Source of the DNA: Sphingomonadaceae bacterium
Lineage (GTDB): Bacteria > Chloroflexota > UBA6077
Assembly: GCA_050261575.1 (NCBI GenBank)
Contig: JBLNDL010000058.1
Location: 47,784-67,783, forward strand
Reading direction: 5' to 3'
Length of the DNA stretch: 20,000 nt
Shown: positions 8,850 to 16,983 of the stretch, piece by piece
Numbering within the stretch: the stretch's first letter is position 1
How the letters are laid out: the number at the start of each line of letters is the position of its first letter
The notes under the pieces: generated by a model
What the model saw: the letters and a program-made list of their open reading frames with translations, nothing else
What the model was told of the DNA's origin: nothing
Databases searched by the model: none
Translations under genes and position numbers: made by a program

Positions 8850-9134
8850 TCACTTCAGTCCCGCGATGAACTCGTCTATCGGTATCGCCGCCATCGTCAA
8901 CGCTCGGATGGTCCCCCGGGAGATCAACTCCGCCGCCACCCGCGCGATCGTCTCGTTGTCCGGCGCCTCGATGACGTTCACGAAGTCGTAGGGGCCGAGC
9001 ACCGCCCACTGGTTCACCACCCTCGCCCCCATCCGCTCGACCTCCTGGTTGACCTCCTTGATCCGCTCCGGCTTCAGCTTGATGGTCTTGGCCCCCTCGT
9101 CTGTAAGGGTGCTCAGCATCACGAAAACGGCCAC
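8850..9134 (-). CDS. GYD domain-containing protein (94 aa)
   Basis: GTG start after an AGGGAGGAG RBS. Sequence FVMLSTLTDEGAKTIK..PERI...W.VLGPYDFVNVIEAPD...G.IR..TM.A matches the GYD family pattern. Confidence 0.88.
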   Translation of the reverse strand: MAVFVMLSTLTDEGAKTIKLKPERIKEVNQEVERMGARVVNQWAVLGPYDFVNVIEAPDNETIARVAAELISRGTIRALTMAAIPIDEFIAGLK

Positions 9135-9318
9135 GGCCCTCTCCTCCCTGCTGGACTGCTCGCGCCGACGGCGCGGGGGACTGGGCGGCGCGCAACTGCG
9201 GCCGCTCCTATGCAGATGTCTCCAGTTCGTGTCATCGTCTCTAGCGGGAAACACGCACTCGATCCAGAGACACCTGCTTAGTGGTGGTTGCCGCACGTTG
9301 CGTGCCGCACTGCCCCCT

Positions 9319-9361
9319 AACCAGCTAGCAATCTACGGCGCCCAAATGCTACTATCTGGTT
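9319..9361 (+). promoter_or_regulatory. Putative cas operon promoter with overlapping imperfect palindrome
   Basis: TAGCAA 9326-9331 and extended -10-like TGcTACTAT 9347-9355, 18 bp apart. Inverted arms AACCAG-c-TAGCA / TGCTA-ctat-CTGGTT. Confidence 0.4.
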
Positions 9362-9415
9362 GTAGTCACCGCCCGTCCTCGCTCGGTTCCCACACACTAT
9401 GCCAGAGAGGCCGGA

Positions 9416-11590
9416 ATGCACTACGCACACTCCCGCAACGATCGAGGCGAAAGGCAGGACCTCCTCACCCACCTGCGCAACGTCGCCCAGATGGCGTCCT
9501 CCTTTGCCGCTGGCTTCGGCGCCTCAGAAGCCGGCTACTACCTCGGACTATGGCACGACGCCGGCAAGTTCTCCCCCGCGTTTCAGCGCTACCTCCTCGA
9601 CACCGAGACGCCCGCCGCGCGCCGGCCACGCGGCCCGGACCACAAGGCCGCCGGCTCCGAGATCGCGACCCGCTACCTCTGGCTCCTGGCCATGGCCATC
9701 CAGGCCCACCACGGCGGCCTCAGATCCCCGGAGGAGTTCCGTACCTGGCTATCGGAGCGGAAGGCCAAGGGCAGCCATGCCGAGGCTCTCGACATCGCCC
9801 GACACGCGATGCCGGACCTCCTTCCCTCGGCCCCCCTTCCGGTTCCGACGCACGCCGTCCGGGATCCCATCGCGACCGAGTTCCTGCTGCGGATGCTCTT
9901 CTCCGCCCTGGTCGACGCCGACTTCGTCGACACCGAACGACACATGCGTCCGGACCGGGCAGGGTTGCGTGGCCCCTCAGCCACCATGGCGGAGCTGTGG
10001 GAGCGGTTTCGCCGATTCCACGAGACGCTCCACACCGGTGACGACGGCCCCGTCGCTCGAGTCCGCCGCATCGTCTACGAGGCATGCCTCGCCGCCGCCG
10101 ACCGTCCGCCAGGGCTCTTCCGGCTCACGGTCCCGACCGGAGGGGGAAAGACCCTGTCCGGGATGGCGTTCGCCCTCCGCCACGCGCTGCGGCACGGCCA
10201 CCGTCGGGTGATCGTGGCAGTCCCCTTCATCAGCATCACCGAGCAGACTGCCGACGTCTACCGCGAGGTCTTCGAGTCCGCCCCAACCGTCGGCCCAGTC
10301 GTCCTCGAACACCACAGCGGCGCCTCCAACCTCGCTCCAGATAGCGAGGACTTCGATCCCGCCTACCTGTGGCGTCGCCTGGCCGCCGAGAACTGGGACG
10401 CCCCCATCGTCGTCACCACCACGGTCCAGTTGTTCGAGAGCCTGTTCGCCTCCAGCCCTTCCGGCTGCCGCAAGCTGCACCGGCTGGCCGGCAGCGTCCT
10501 GATCCTCGACGAAGCCCAGGTGCTCCCGCCCCACCTCCTGACGCCGATCCTGGACGCGCTGCGCCAGTTGTGCAGCCACTACGGAACGACAGTGGTGCTC
10601 TCCACCGCCACCCAGCCCGCCTTCGAGTCGATCCAGCCATTCCGTGACCTGGACGCCACCGAGATCGTGCCGGACCCGGCCAGGCTCTTCCGCGAACTCA
10701 GCCGTGTGACCTACGAGTGGAGGACAGACCCGCCCTTGGCTTGGGAGGAGGTCGCCTCCCTGATGCGCGATCAGGCCCACGCCCTCGCCGTGGTCAACAC
10801 CAGGGGCAACGCCATGGATCTCCTGGACTCCCTGGGAGACCCGGAGGCGCTACACCTATCCACACAGTTGTGCGGCGCGCACCGCAGACTGGTGATCGCG
10901 GAGGTCCGACGCCGACTGCGCGAGGGCGAGCCATGCAGGTTGGTCTCAACTCAGGTGGTGGAGGCCGGGGTGGACCTGGACTTCCCACTGGTGCTGCGAG
11001 CCCTGGGCCCGCTGGACGGCATCATTCAGGCCGCCGGCCGATGTAATCGAGAGGGACGGCTCCACAGGGGCCGGGTCGTAGTCTTCGAGCCGAGGGACGG
11101 TTCTGCCCCGAAAGGCAGCTACCTCACCGGCATCGGCGTCACCCGCGCCCTCCTGGGGGCCGGCCGCGTCGATCCAGACGACCCCGACACGGCGCGCCGC
11201 TACTTTGGCCGCCTGTTCGAGCTCCAGGAGACCGACAGAGAGGGCATCCAGCGGCTCAGGTCCAGCCTCAACTACCCCGAGGTCTCGCGCCGCTTTCGGA
11301 TGATCGACGAGCCCACGGAGAGCGTGGTCGTGCCCTTCGGGCCGGAGGAGGATCAGAGGAAGGTCGCACAGATGCTCGACGGGCTGAGAGAGGGCAACGC
11401 CGATGCTCGCGATCTGATACGGCGATTCCAGCCCTACCTGGTGTCCATCCGAACGCGGGAGGCCGACACGTACCGGCGCCGCGGGCTTATCGACCCCGTG
11501 CTGCCCGGCCTCGGCCGATGGCTGGGAGCCTACGACCCGGTCAGAGGGCTGGTCGGCGAGGGGCTCGATCCCGGCAGCTTCGTGATCTAA
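9416..11590 (+). CDS. cas3: CRISPR-associated HD nuclease/helicase Cas3 (type I-C)
   Basis: HD domain: YAHS, HL..VA, GLWHDAGK, AHHGGL, SALVDAD..DTE. SF2 helicase: VPTGGGKT, VLEHHS, ENWDAPIVVTTTVQ, DEAQ, STATQP, QAAGRCNREG. Confidence 0.97.
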   Translation: MHYAHSRNDRGERQDLLTHLRNVAQMASSFAAGFGASEAGYYLGLWHDAGKFSPAFQRYLLDTETPAARRPRGPDHKAAGSEIATRYLWLLAMAIQAHHGGLRSPEEFRTWLSERKAKGSHAEALDIARHAMPDLLPSAPLPVPTHAVRDPIATEFLLRMLFSALVDADFVDTERHMRPDRAGLRGPSATMAELWERFRRFHETLHTGDDGPVARVRRIVYEACLAAADRPPGLFRLTVPTGGGKTLSGMAFALRHALRHGHRRVIVAVPFISITEQTADVYREVFESAPTVGPVVLEHHSGASNLAPDSEDFDPAYLWRRLAAENWDAPIVVTTTVQLFESLFASSPSGCRKLHRLAGSVLILDEAQVLPPHLLTPILDALRQLCSHYGTTVVLSTATQPAFESIQPFRDLDATEIVPDPARLFRELSRVTYEWRTDPPLAWEEVASLMRDQAHALAVVNTRGNAMDLLDSLGDPEALHLSTQLCGAHRRLVIAEVRRRLREGEPCRLVSTQVVEAGVDLDFPLVLRALGPLDGIIQAAGRCNREGRLHRGRVVVFEPRDGSAPKGSYLTGIGVTRALLGAGRVDPDDPDTARRYFGRLFELQETDREGIQRLRSSLNYPEVSRRFRMIDEPTESVVVPFGPEEDQRKVAQMLDGLREGNADARDLIRRFQPYLVSIRTREADTYRRRGLIDPVLPGLGRWLGAYDPVRGLVGEGLDPGSFVI

Positions 11591-11619
11591 TCCCCCGAGG
11601 GAACTGGAAAGGAGGAGCC

Positions 11620-12264
11620 ATGAACGCGCGACACCCACCGGTCACCGTCCGAGTGTGGGGAGACTTCGCCTGCTTTACACGGCCGGAGATGAAGGTCGAG
11701 CGGGTAACCTACCCCACCATGACCCCATCCGCGGCACGAGGGATCCTGGAAGCGATCTTCTGGAAGCCGGAGTTCACCTGGAGGGTGGAGGAGATCTGGG
11801 TCCTCAAACCGATCCGCTACTTCTCCATCCTGCGGAACGAGGTGAACGGCCGCGCGAGCGAGCGCGCGGCCGCCTCGTGGGCCAAGGTGGGCGGTGGCTA
11901 CGTGGCCGAAGAGGACCGCGCCCAGCGCCACACCCTCGCTCTTCGGGACGTGGACTATCTCATATCGGCTCAACTCGAGGTGAAGCCCCACGTAGGGGAG
12001 GACCCCGCGAAGTTTCGCGACCAGTTCCGGAGGAGGGTTCGGAGCGGCCGCTGCTTCACCACCCCCTACCTGGGGTGCAGGGAGTTCTCGGCGAGCTTCG
12101 GCGAGCCGGCCGGATACGAGCAACCGATCGACCTCACCGAGGAGTTGGGGCCGATGCTGCTGGACCTGGACTACGACCCCGATGGCTCGGGTCGCGGCGC
12201 TCCGCGTTTCTTCGACGCCCGGTTGGAACACGGAGTCCTGCGGGTCCCGGCGCGGGCGGATTAG
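11620..12264 (+). CDS. cas5c: Type I-C Cas5c (Cas5d), crRNA-processing Cascade subunit
   Basis: AGGAGG RBS; VWGDFACFTRPEMKVERVTY..MTPSAARGILEAIFWKP, ILRNEV, PYLGCREF. Confidence 0.97.
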   Translation: MNARHPPVTVRVWGDFACFTRPEMKVERVTYPTMTPSAARGILEAIFWKPEFTWRVEEIWVLKPIRYFSILRNEVNGRASERAAASWAKVGGGYVAEEDRAQRHTLALRDVDYLISAQLEVKPHVGEDPAKFRDQFRRRVRSGRCFTTPYLGCREFSASFGEPAGYEQPIDLTEELGPMLLDLDYDPDGSGRGAPRFFDARLEHGVLRVPARAD

Positions 12265-12273
12265 GAGGAACCC

Positions 12274-14040
12274 ATGCTGCTTCAACGGCTGGCCGAGTAC
12301 GCTGGCCGGCTGGACCTACCGCCAACTCTCTACAGCGAGACCGCGGTCCGTTACATCCTCGAGTTAGATGGCTCGGGCCGGCTGCTCTCCCCCGAGCCCG
12401 TGGACACGGCCGACCCATCCAACCCCAGGACCCGTCGCGGCTTGCGCCGGCCAATGCCCCAGGTGCAGCGCTCGTCAGGCATCAAGCCGCTGCTTCTGGC
12501 CGACAACGCCGAGTATACCCTGGGCCTTCCCAAGCAGGACTCGAAGCCGGACCGCGTCGCCGCCTGCCACCAAGCCTACCTGGATCTGCTACGCAGGTGC
12601 GCCCAAGCCACCCGGGAGCCCGCCGTCGAGGCGGTGCTGCACTTCCTGGAGGGCGAGCCCCTCCCCCAATTGAGGCTCCCCCTCGATTTCGATTCCGGGG
12701 CCATACTCACCTTCCGGGTAGACGGCACGCTGCCCGTGGATTTGCCTGCGGTCCAGGCCTTTTGGGCCGCGGTAAACGACCCCGAGTCCGATCAGAGCCG
12801 GCCTGCGCGGGTGATGCAATGCATCGTCTGCGGAAAGGATCGCCCGGTTCTGGAACGGCTCCAGGGGAAGATCAAAGGCGTGCCGGGCGGGCAAACCGCT
12901 GGCACATCCCTCATCTCCGCCAACGCCGAGGCCTTCGAGTCGTACGGGCTCACGGCGTCTCTCGTGGCCCCCACCTGCGCCGAGTGCGGCGAACGCTTCA
13001 CCAAGGCGGCCAACGCGCTGCTGGCCGATCGTTCGAGCCGCTTCGACCTCGGCGGCGTGGCCTTCATCTACTGGACGAGGAACCGGGTCGACTTCTCTCT
13101 GTGGGACTACTTGACCGACCCCAAACCGGAGCAGGTCGGGCAGTTGCTCGGCTCAGTGCTGTCCGGACACCGCGGCACGGAGCTGGAAGCGACCGCCTTC
13201 TACGCCACAGCCCTCTCGGGCAGCGGCGGCAGGGCGGTGGTCCGCGACTGGATCGACACCACCGTGGGGGAGGTGCAGCGCCACCTGGCCACGTGGTTCC
13301 ACCGCCAGGCCATCGTGGGGGCCTACGGCGAGGATCCCCGCCCCTTCGGGCTCTGCCCACTCGCCCTGGCAACCGTACGGGACTCGAAGGACCTGGTACC
13401 GCGAACTCCACGCGCCCTGCTGCGCTCCGCCCTCACAGGCGCCCCGCTGCCTATCGACCTCCTCTTCGAAGCGGTGAGGCGAAACCGAGCCGAGCAGGAG
13501 GTCACTCGACCCCGCGCCGCCCTGATAAAGCTGGTGCTATCGAGCCGGCACCAGGCCAACGAGGAGGATGCCATGGTTCAACTCGATGCCCAAAACCCCA
13601 GTCCGGCCTATCGATGTGGACGGCTACTCGCAGTGCTGGAGGAGGTCCAGCGGCTCGCGGTCCCAGGCGCCAAGGCCACGATCGTCGACCGCTTCTTCGG
13701 GACCGCGTCGACGGCTCCGTCCTCGGTCTTCGGGCGCCTCCTGCGCGGCGCTCAGCCCCACCTAGCGAAGTTGGAGCGGGACCGCCCAGGCGCCTACCGC
13801 GTTCTCCAGACCCGGCTGGAGGAGATCCAGGCCGGACTCGCAGGCTTCCCCAAGACACTCACGTTGGAGGAGCAGGGCCTCTTCGCGCTGGGCTACTACC
13901 ATCAGCGCGCTTGGGACCGCAAGATCGCCATGGAGAGGGCCGAGCAGCGCCGGGCCGGCCGGCCCCACTCCGGCGACACCCTTGCGGAGACGCTTCTGAA
14001 CGAGCAGCTCTCGGACAACACAGTTGTGGAGGAGGACTGA
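12274..14040 (+). CDS. cas8c: Type I-C Cas8c (Csd1) large subunit
   Basis: MLLQRL.EY start, RSSGIKP.LL.DNAEY.LG, CIVCG...IKGV...LISAN.EAFESYG...CAEC, AYRCGRLLAVLE, FALGYYHQ; lies between cas5 and cas7. Confidence 0.96.
   Translation: MLLQRLAEYAGRLDLPPTLYSETAVRYILELDGSGRLLSPEPVDTADPSNPRTRRGLRRPMPQVQRSSGIKPLLLADNAEYTLGLPKQDSKPDRVAACHQAYLDLLRRCAQATREPAVEAVLHFLEGEPLPQLRLPLDFDSGAILTFRVDGTLPVDLPAVQAFWAAVNDPESDQSRPARVMQCIVCGKDRPVLERLQGKIKGVPGGQTAGTSLISANAEAFESYGLTASLVAPTCAECGERFTKAANALLADRSSRFDLGGVAFIYWTRNRVDFSLWDYLTDPKPEQVGQLLGSVLSGHRGTELEATAFYATALSGSGGRAVVRDWIDTTVGEVQRHLATWFHRQAIVGAYGEDPRPFGLCPLALATVRDSKDLVPRTPRALLRSALTGAPLPIDLLFEAVRRNRAEQEVTRPRAALIKLVLSSRHQANEEDAMVQLDAQNPSPAYRCGRLLAVLEEVQRLAVPGAKATIVDRFFGTASTAPSSVFGRLLRGAQPHLAKLERDRPGAYRVLQTRLEEIQAGLAGFPKTLTLEEQGLFALGYYHQRAWDRKIAMERAEQRRAGRPHSGDTLAETLLNEQLSDNTVVEED
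13573..14040 (+). CDS. cas11c: Cas11c small subunit by internal in-frame translation within cas8c (155 aa)
   Basis: GAGGAGG at 13561-13567 precedes the in-frame ATG 13573 (MVQLDAQNPSPAYRCGRLLAVLE), at the start of the C-terminal helical domain. Confidence 0.8.
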   Translation: MVQLDAQNPSPAYRCGRLLAVLEEVQRLAVPGAKATIVDRFFGTASTAPSSVFGRLLRGAQPHLAKLERDRPGAYRVLQTRLEEIQAGLAGFPKTLTLEEQGLFALGYYHQRAWDRKIAMERAEQRRAGRPHSGDTLAETLLNEQLSDNTVVEED

Positions 14041-14041
14041 G

Positions 14042-14956
14042 ATGGCCAGCACCCCTTACATCGACGTGACTCGGCGCCAGGACTTCGTGCTGCTATTCGA
14101 CGTGGCCGATGGCAACCCCAACGGCGACCCCGACGCGGGCAACCTTCCACGGGTCGATCCCGAGACCATGCAGGGACTGGTCACCGACGTGGCCATCAAG
14201 CGGAAGGTGCGGGACTGGGTGGACCTCGCCAGAGGGCAGGAGAGCCGGTACAAGATCTACGTTCAGAGCGGGTCGGCCCTGATCACCAAGCACAAGCGAG
14301 CCTACGAGGAGTTGGGCATCACCTCTACCGGAGCCAAGCAGGCCCGGGACGACGTGAACAGAGCCAGGGGCTGGATGTGCGCCAACTTCTACGACATTCG
14401 GATGTTCGGCGCCGTGATGGGCGTCAGCGTCAACTGCGGCCAGGTGCGGGGTCCCGTGCAAATGACCTTCGCCCGATCGTTGGATCCCATCGTTCCCCTG
14501 GACCTCTCCATCACCAGGGTGGCCGTGACTCGGGAGGAGGACACGGCGATCGCGGTGGCCGAGGACGGCGGATCCGCGGGCGGGGGCAAGCAGACGGAGA
14601 TGGGACGCAAGGCCCTGGTGCCCTACGGACTCTACCGGGCCCACGGTTTCTTCAACCCACACCTCGCCAGACAGACGGGCGCCACGGACGAGGACCTGGA
14701 GCTGTTCTGGGAGGCCCTGCAGAGGATGTGGGAGGTGGACCGGTCCTCCTCCAGAGGGATGATGGCGTGCCGCGGGCTGTACGTCTTCACCCACGACAGC
14801 CCCCTGGGGAACGCTCCCGCACACCGGCTCTTCGAGCGCATCCGCGTCTTCCGGAGACCGGAGGTCTCTGCACCACGCTCCTTCCAGGACTACGAGGTTG
14901 AGATCCGCGACTCCGACCTGCCGGAGGGGATCACCCTCGCGAGGCTGGAGGGGTAG
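14042..14956 (+). CDS. cas7c: Type I-C Cas7c (Csd2) backbone subunit
   Basis: DFVLLFDV..GNPNGDPDAGNLPR.D, TDVAIKRKVR, FYDIRMFGAV, QVRGPVQ, MGRK..VPYGLY; GGAGGA RBS. Confidence 0.97.
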   Translation: MASTPYIDVTRRQDFVLLFDVADGNPNGDPDAGNLPRVDPETMQGLVTDVAIKRKVRDWVDLARGQESRYKIYVQSGSALITKHKRAYEELGITSTGAKQARDDVNRARGWMCANFYDIRMFGAVMGVSVNCGQVRGPVQMTFARSLDPIVPLDLSITRVAVTREEDTAIAVAEDGGSAGGGKQTEMGRKALVPYGLYRAHGFFNPHLARQTGATDEDLELFWEALQRMWEVDRSSSRGMMACRGLYVFTHDSPLGNAPAHRLFERIRVFRRPEVSAPRSFQDYEVEIRDSDLPEGITLARLEG

Positions 14957-14958
14957 CC

Positions 14959-15615
14959 GTGGAAGCGCCGGAGGATCCCCTGCTGGAGGGCGAGGACGAG
15001 ATCCTCATCTCGGCCATCGAGCACTACGCCTACTGCCCACGGCAGTGCGGGCTGATCCACCTGGAGGAGATCTTCGAGGAGAACGTCTTCACCGTACGAG
15101 GCCGCATCACCCACGAGCGGGTGGACGAGGGCATCGACACGACCCGACCCGGGCTGCGGGTGGCGCGTTCAATCCCCCTCTGGTCCGAACGGCTGGGGCT
15201 GTACGGCAAGGCGGACCTGGTGGAGTTCCGGCAGGAGGGACCGTACCCGGTGGAGTACAAGCCGGGACGCCGGCATAGGGATGCTCCGGACCTACAACTG
15301 TGCGCCCAGGCGTTGTGCCTCGAAGAGATGCTCGGGGTACCGGTACCCCGAGGAGCCATCTATTACGCGGGTCTCCACCGTCGGTACGAGGTGGAGTTCA
15401 CGCCTGAGCTGCGCGCGAGAACCCAGGAGGCCGTGGCGGGGGTGCGGCGGATGCTTCGCACGCCGCGCCTCCCCGACCCGGCCAACGACGAGCGCTGTCC
15501 CAACTGCTCGCTCGCCGATCCGTGCCTCCCGAGCGTGGTGGCGGACCGCTCCCGACTGCGTGGCCTGCAGGGAGCGCTGTTCCGCCCGCTCGATCTGGGA
15601 GAGTCCGATGCATGA
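14959..15615 (+). CDS. cas4: CRISPR-associated Cas4 nuclease
   Basis: ISAIEHYAYCPRQ, GKADLVE...PVEYK, QLCAQALCLEEM, CPNCSL...C (four Fe-S cysteines). Confidence 0.96.
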   Translation: MEAPEDPLLEGEDEILISAIEHYAYCPRQCGLIHLEEIFEENVFTVRGRITHERVDEGIDTTRPGLRVARSIPLWSERLGLYGKADLVEFRQEGPYPVEYKPGRRHRDAPDLQLCAQALCLEEMLGVPVPRGAIYYAGLHRRYEVEFTPELRARTQEAVAGVRRMLRTPRLPDPANDERCPNCSLADPCLPSVVADRSRLRGLQGALFRPLDLGESDA

Positions 15616-16639
15616 GCTACTGAACGTGCTGTACGTCCAGACCCAGGGAGCAGTCCTGCACCTGGACAACGACACCGTGCGCATCGAGATGGAGGGCGAG
15701 CCGGCACGCCGCCTCCCGCTCCTGCGGCTCAGCGCGATCGTGCTGTTCGGGCGGGTCACCGTCACCCCCTTCCTGATCCAGCGCTGCGCGGAGGACGGCC
15801 GCACCGTGGTGTGGCTCGACCACAGAGGCCGCTTCAAGGGCCGGCTGGAGGGCCAGACACGCGGCAACGTCCTGCTCCGCCGGGCCCAGCATCTGGCGCT
15901 GTCGGACGCCGGCCACACCCTCCGGATCTCCCGCCAAATCGTGGCGGCGAAGATCCAGAACAGCCGCCAGGTGCTGCTCAGGGCCGCGCGGGAATGCGCG
16001 GGGTATCCCGACGCGAACCCCCTGCGGCAGACGGCCGAGCAGATGGCGTCCATCCTGGAGCGCCTGCGGCAAGGCCGGGACCTTGACGCGGTGCGGGGGG
16101 ACGAAGGCGAGGCCGCGCGTGCCTACTTCGGGGTGTTCGGCTACATGGTACGGAGCGACCGGGAGGTGTTCGAGCCCGCGGGTCGAACCCGGAGGCCGCC
16201 TCGGGACCGAATGAACGCGCTGCTCTCCTTTCTCTACACCCTTCTCAGGCACGAGTGCGTCTCCGCTTTGGAGGGCGTGGGGCTGGACCCCCAGGTGGGA
16301 TACCTCCACGCCCTCCGGCCGGGCAGGCCGGCGTTGGCGCTGGATCTGATGGAGGAACTGCGTCCGGTGGTGGCCGACAGGCTGGCGCTGACCCTGGTGA
16401 ACCGCAGGCAACTGAAGCCGGAGCACTTCGAGGAAAAGCCCGGGGGCGCGGTGCTCCTGAACGAGGAGGGACGGCGGAACCTGATAGTGGCGTACGAGCA
16501 GAGGAAGGCGACGGAGATCCAGCATCGTGTCCTGGATCGGCGGATCCCCTTGGGGCTGGTGCCGCACCTTCAGGCCCGGCTGCTGGCGCGGCACCTGAGG
16601 GGAGACCTGAAGGAGTACCCACCGTTCCTTTACCGGTGA
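15608..16639 (+). CDS. cas1: Type I-C Cas1 integrase
   Basis: LLNVLYVQTQG, GNVLLRRAQ, RGDEGEAARAYF, RRPPRD.MNALLSFLY, GLDPQVGYLH, LALDLMEELR, YPPF. Confidence 0.97.
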   Translation: MHELLNVLYVQTQGAVLHLDNDTVRIEMEGEPARRLPLLRLSAIVLFGRVTVTPFLIQRCAEDGRTVVWLDHRGRFKGRLEGQTRGNVLLRRAQHLALSDAGHTLRISRQIVAAKIQNSRQVLLRAARECAGYPDANPLRQTAEQMASILERLRQGRDLDAVRGDEGEAARAYFGVFGYMVRSDREVFEPAGRTRRPPRDRMNALLSFLYTLLRHECVSALEGVGLDPQVGYLHALRPGRPALALDLMEELRPVVADRLALTLVNRRQLKPEHFEEKPGGAVLLNEEGRRNLIVAYEQRKATEIQHRVLDRRIPLGLVPHLQARLLARHLRGDLKEYPPFLYR

Positions 16640-16692
16640 TCCAGCACGGGCGGGATGTCCGCCGTCCGGACTGGGAGCAGAGGAGGTGAGCC

Positions 16693-16983
16693 ATCGAGGT
16701 ACTGATCAGCTACGACGTGGCCACCGACACGGCCGAGGGCCGGAAGCGGCTTCGGCGCGTGGCGAAGCTGTGCGAGGCCCACGGGCAGCGGGTGCAGAAG
16801 TCGGTCTTCGAGTGCATCTTGACCGCGGCGCAACTGGAGGAGTTGAAGCACAGGCTGAGGAAAGCGATCGAAGAGAAGGAGGACAGCCTCCGGATCTACC
16901 GCCTACTGGAGCCCAGGGAGCGGCACCTGCACGCCATGGGTCGCAGCGTTCCGCTGGATCTACACGATCCGCTGGTGGTATGA
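16693..16983 (+). CDS. cas2: Cas2 (96 codons if initiated at ATC 16693)
   Basis: EVLISYDVATDT.EG.KRLRRVAK.C...GQRVQKSVFEC...DSLRIY.L. AGGAGG at 16681-16686 and an in-frame TGA at 16687-16689 leave ATC 16693 as the only plausible full-length start. Confidence 0.93.
   Translation: MEVLISYDVATDTAEGRKRLRRVAKLCEAHGQRVQKSVFECILTAAQLEELKHRLRKAIEEKEDSLRIYRLLEPRERHLHAMGRSVPLDLHDPLVV

Noticed and set aside
8850..9134. GYD protein as a CRISPR accessory factor
   Set aside because: Widespread family, divergently transcribed; adjacency alone is not evidence of a link.
9049..10041. 330-aa + strand ORF overlapping the GYD gene and cas3
   Set aside because: No recognisable domain; conflicts with two real genes.
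11655..14069. 804-aa alternative-frame ORF across cas5c/cas8c
   Set aside because: R/G/P/A-rich shadow ORF typical of high-GC DNA; no motifs; overlaps well-supported genes.
16717..16983. ORF-caller start of cas2 at GTG 16717
   Set aside because: No RBS at a suitable distance and it would drop the conserved YD motif; ATC 16693 is preferred.
9416..16983. Absence of cas6
   Set aside because: Normal for type I-C, where Cas5c processes the pre-crRNA.
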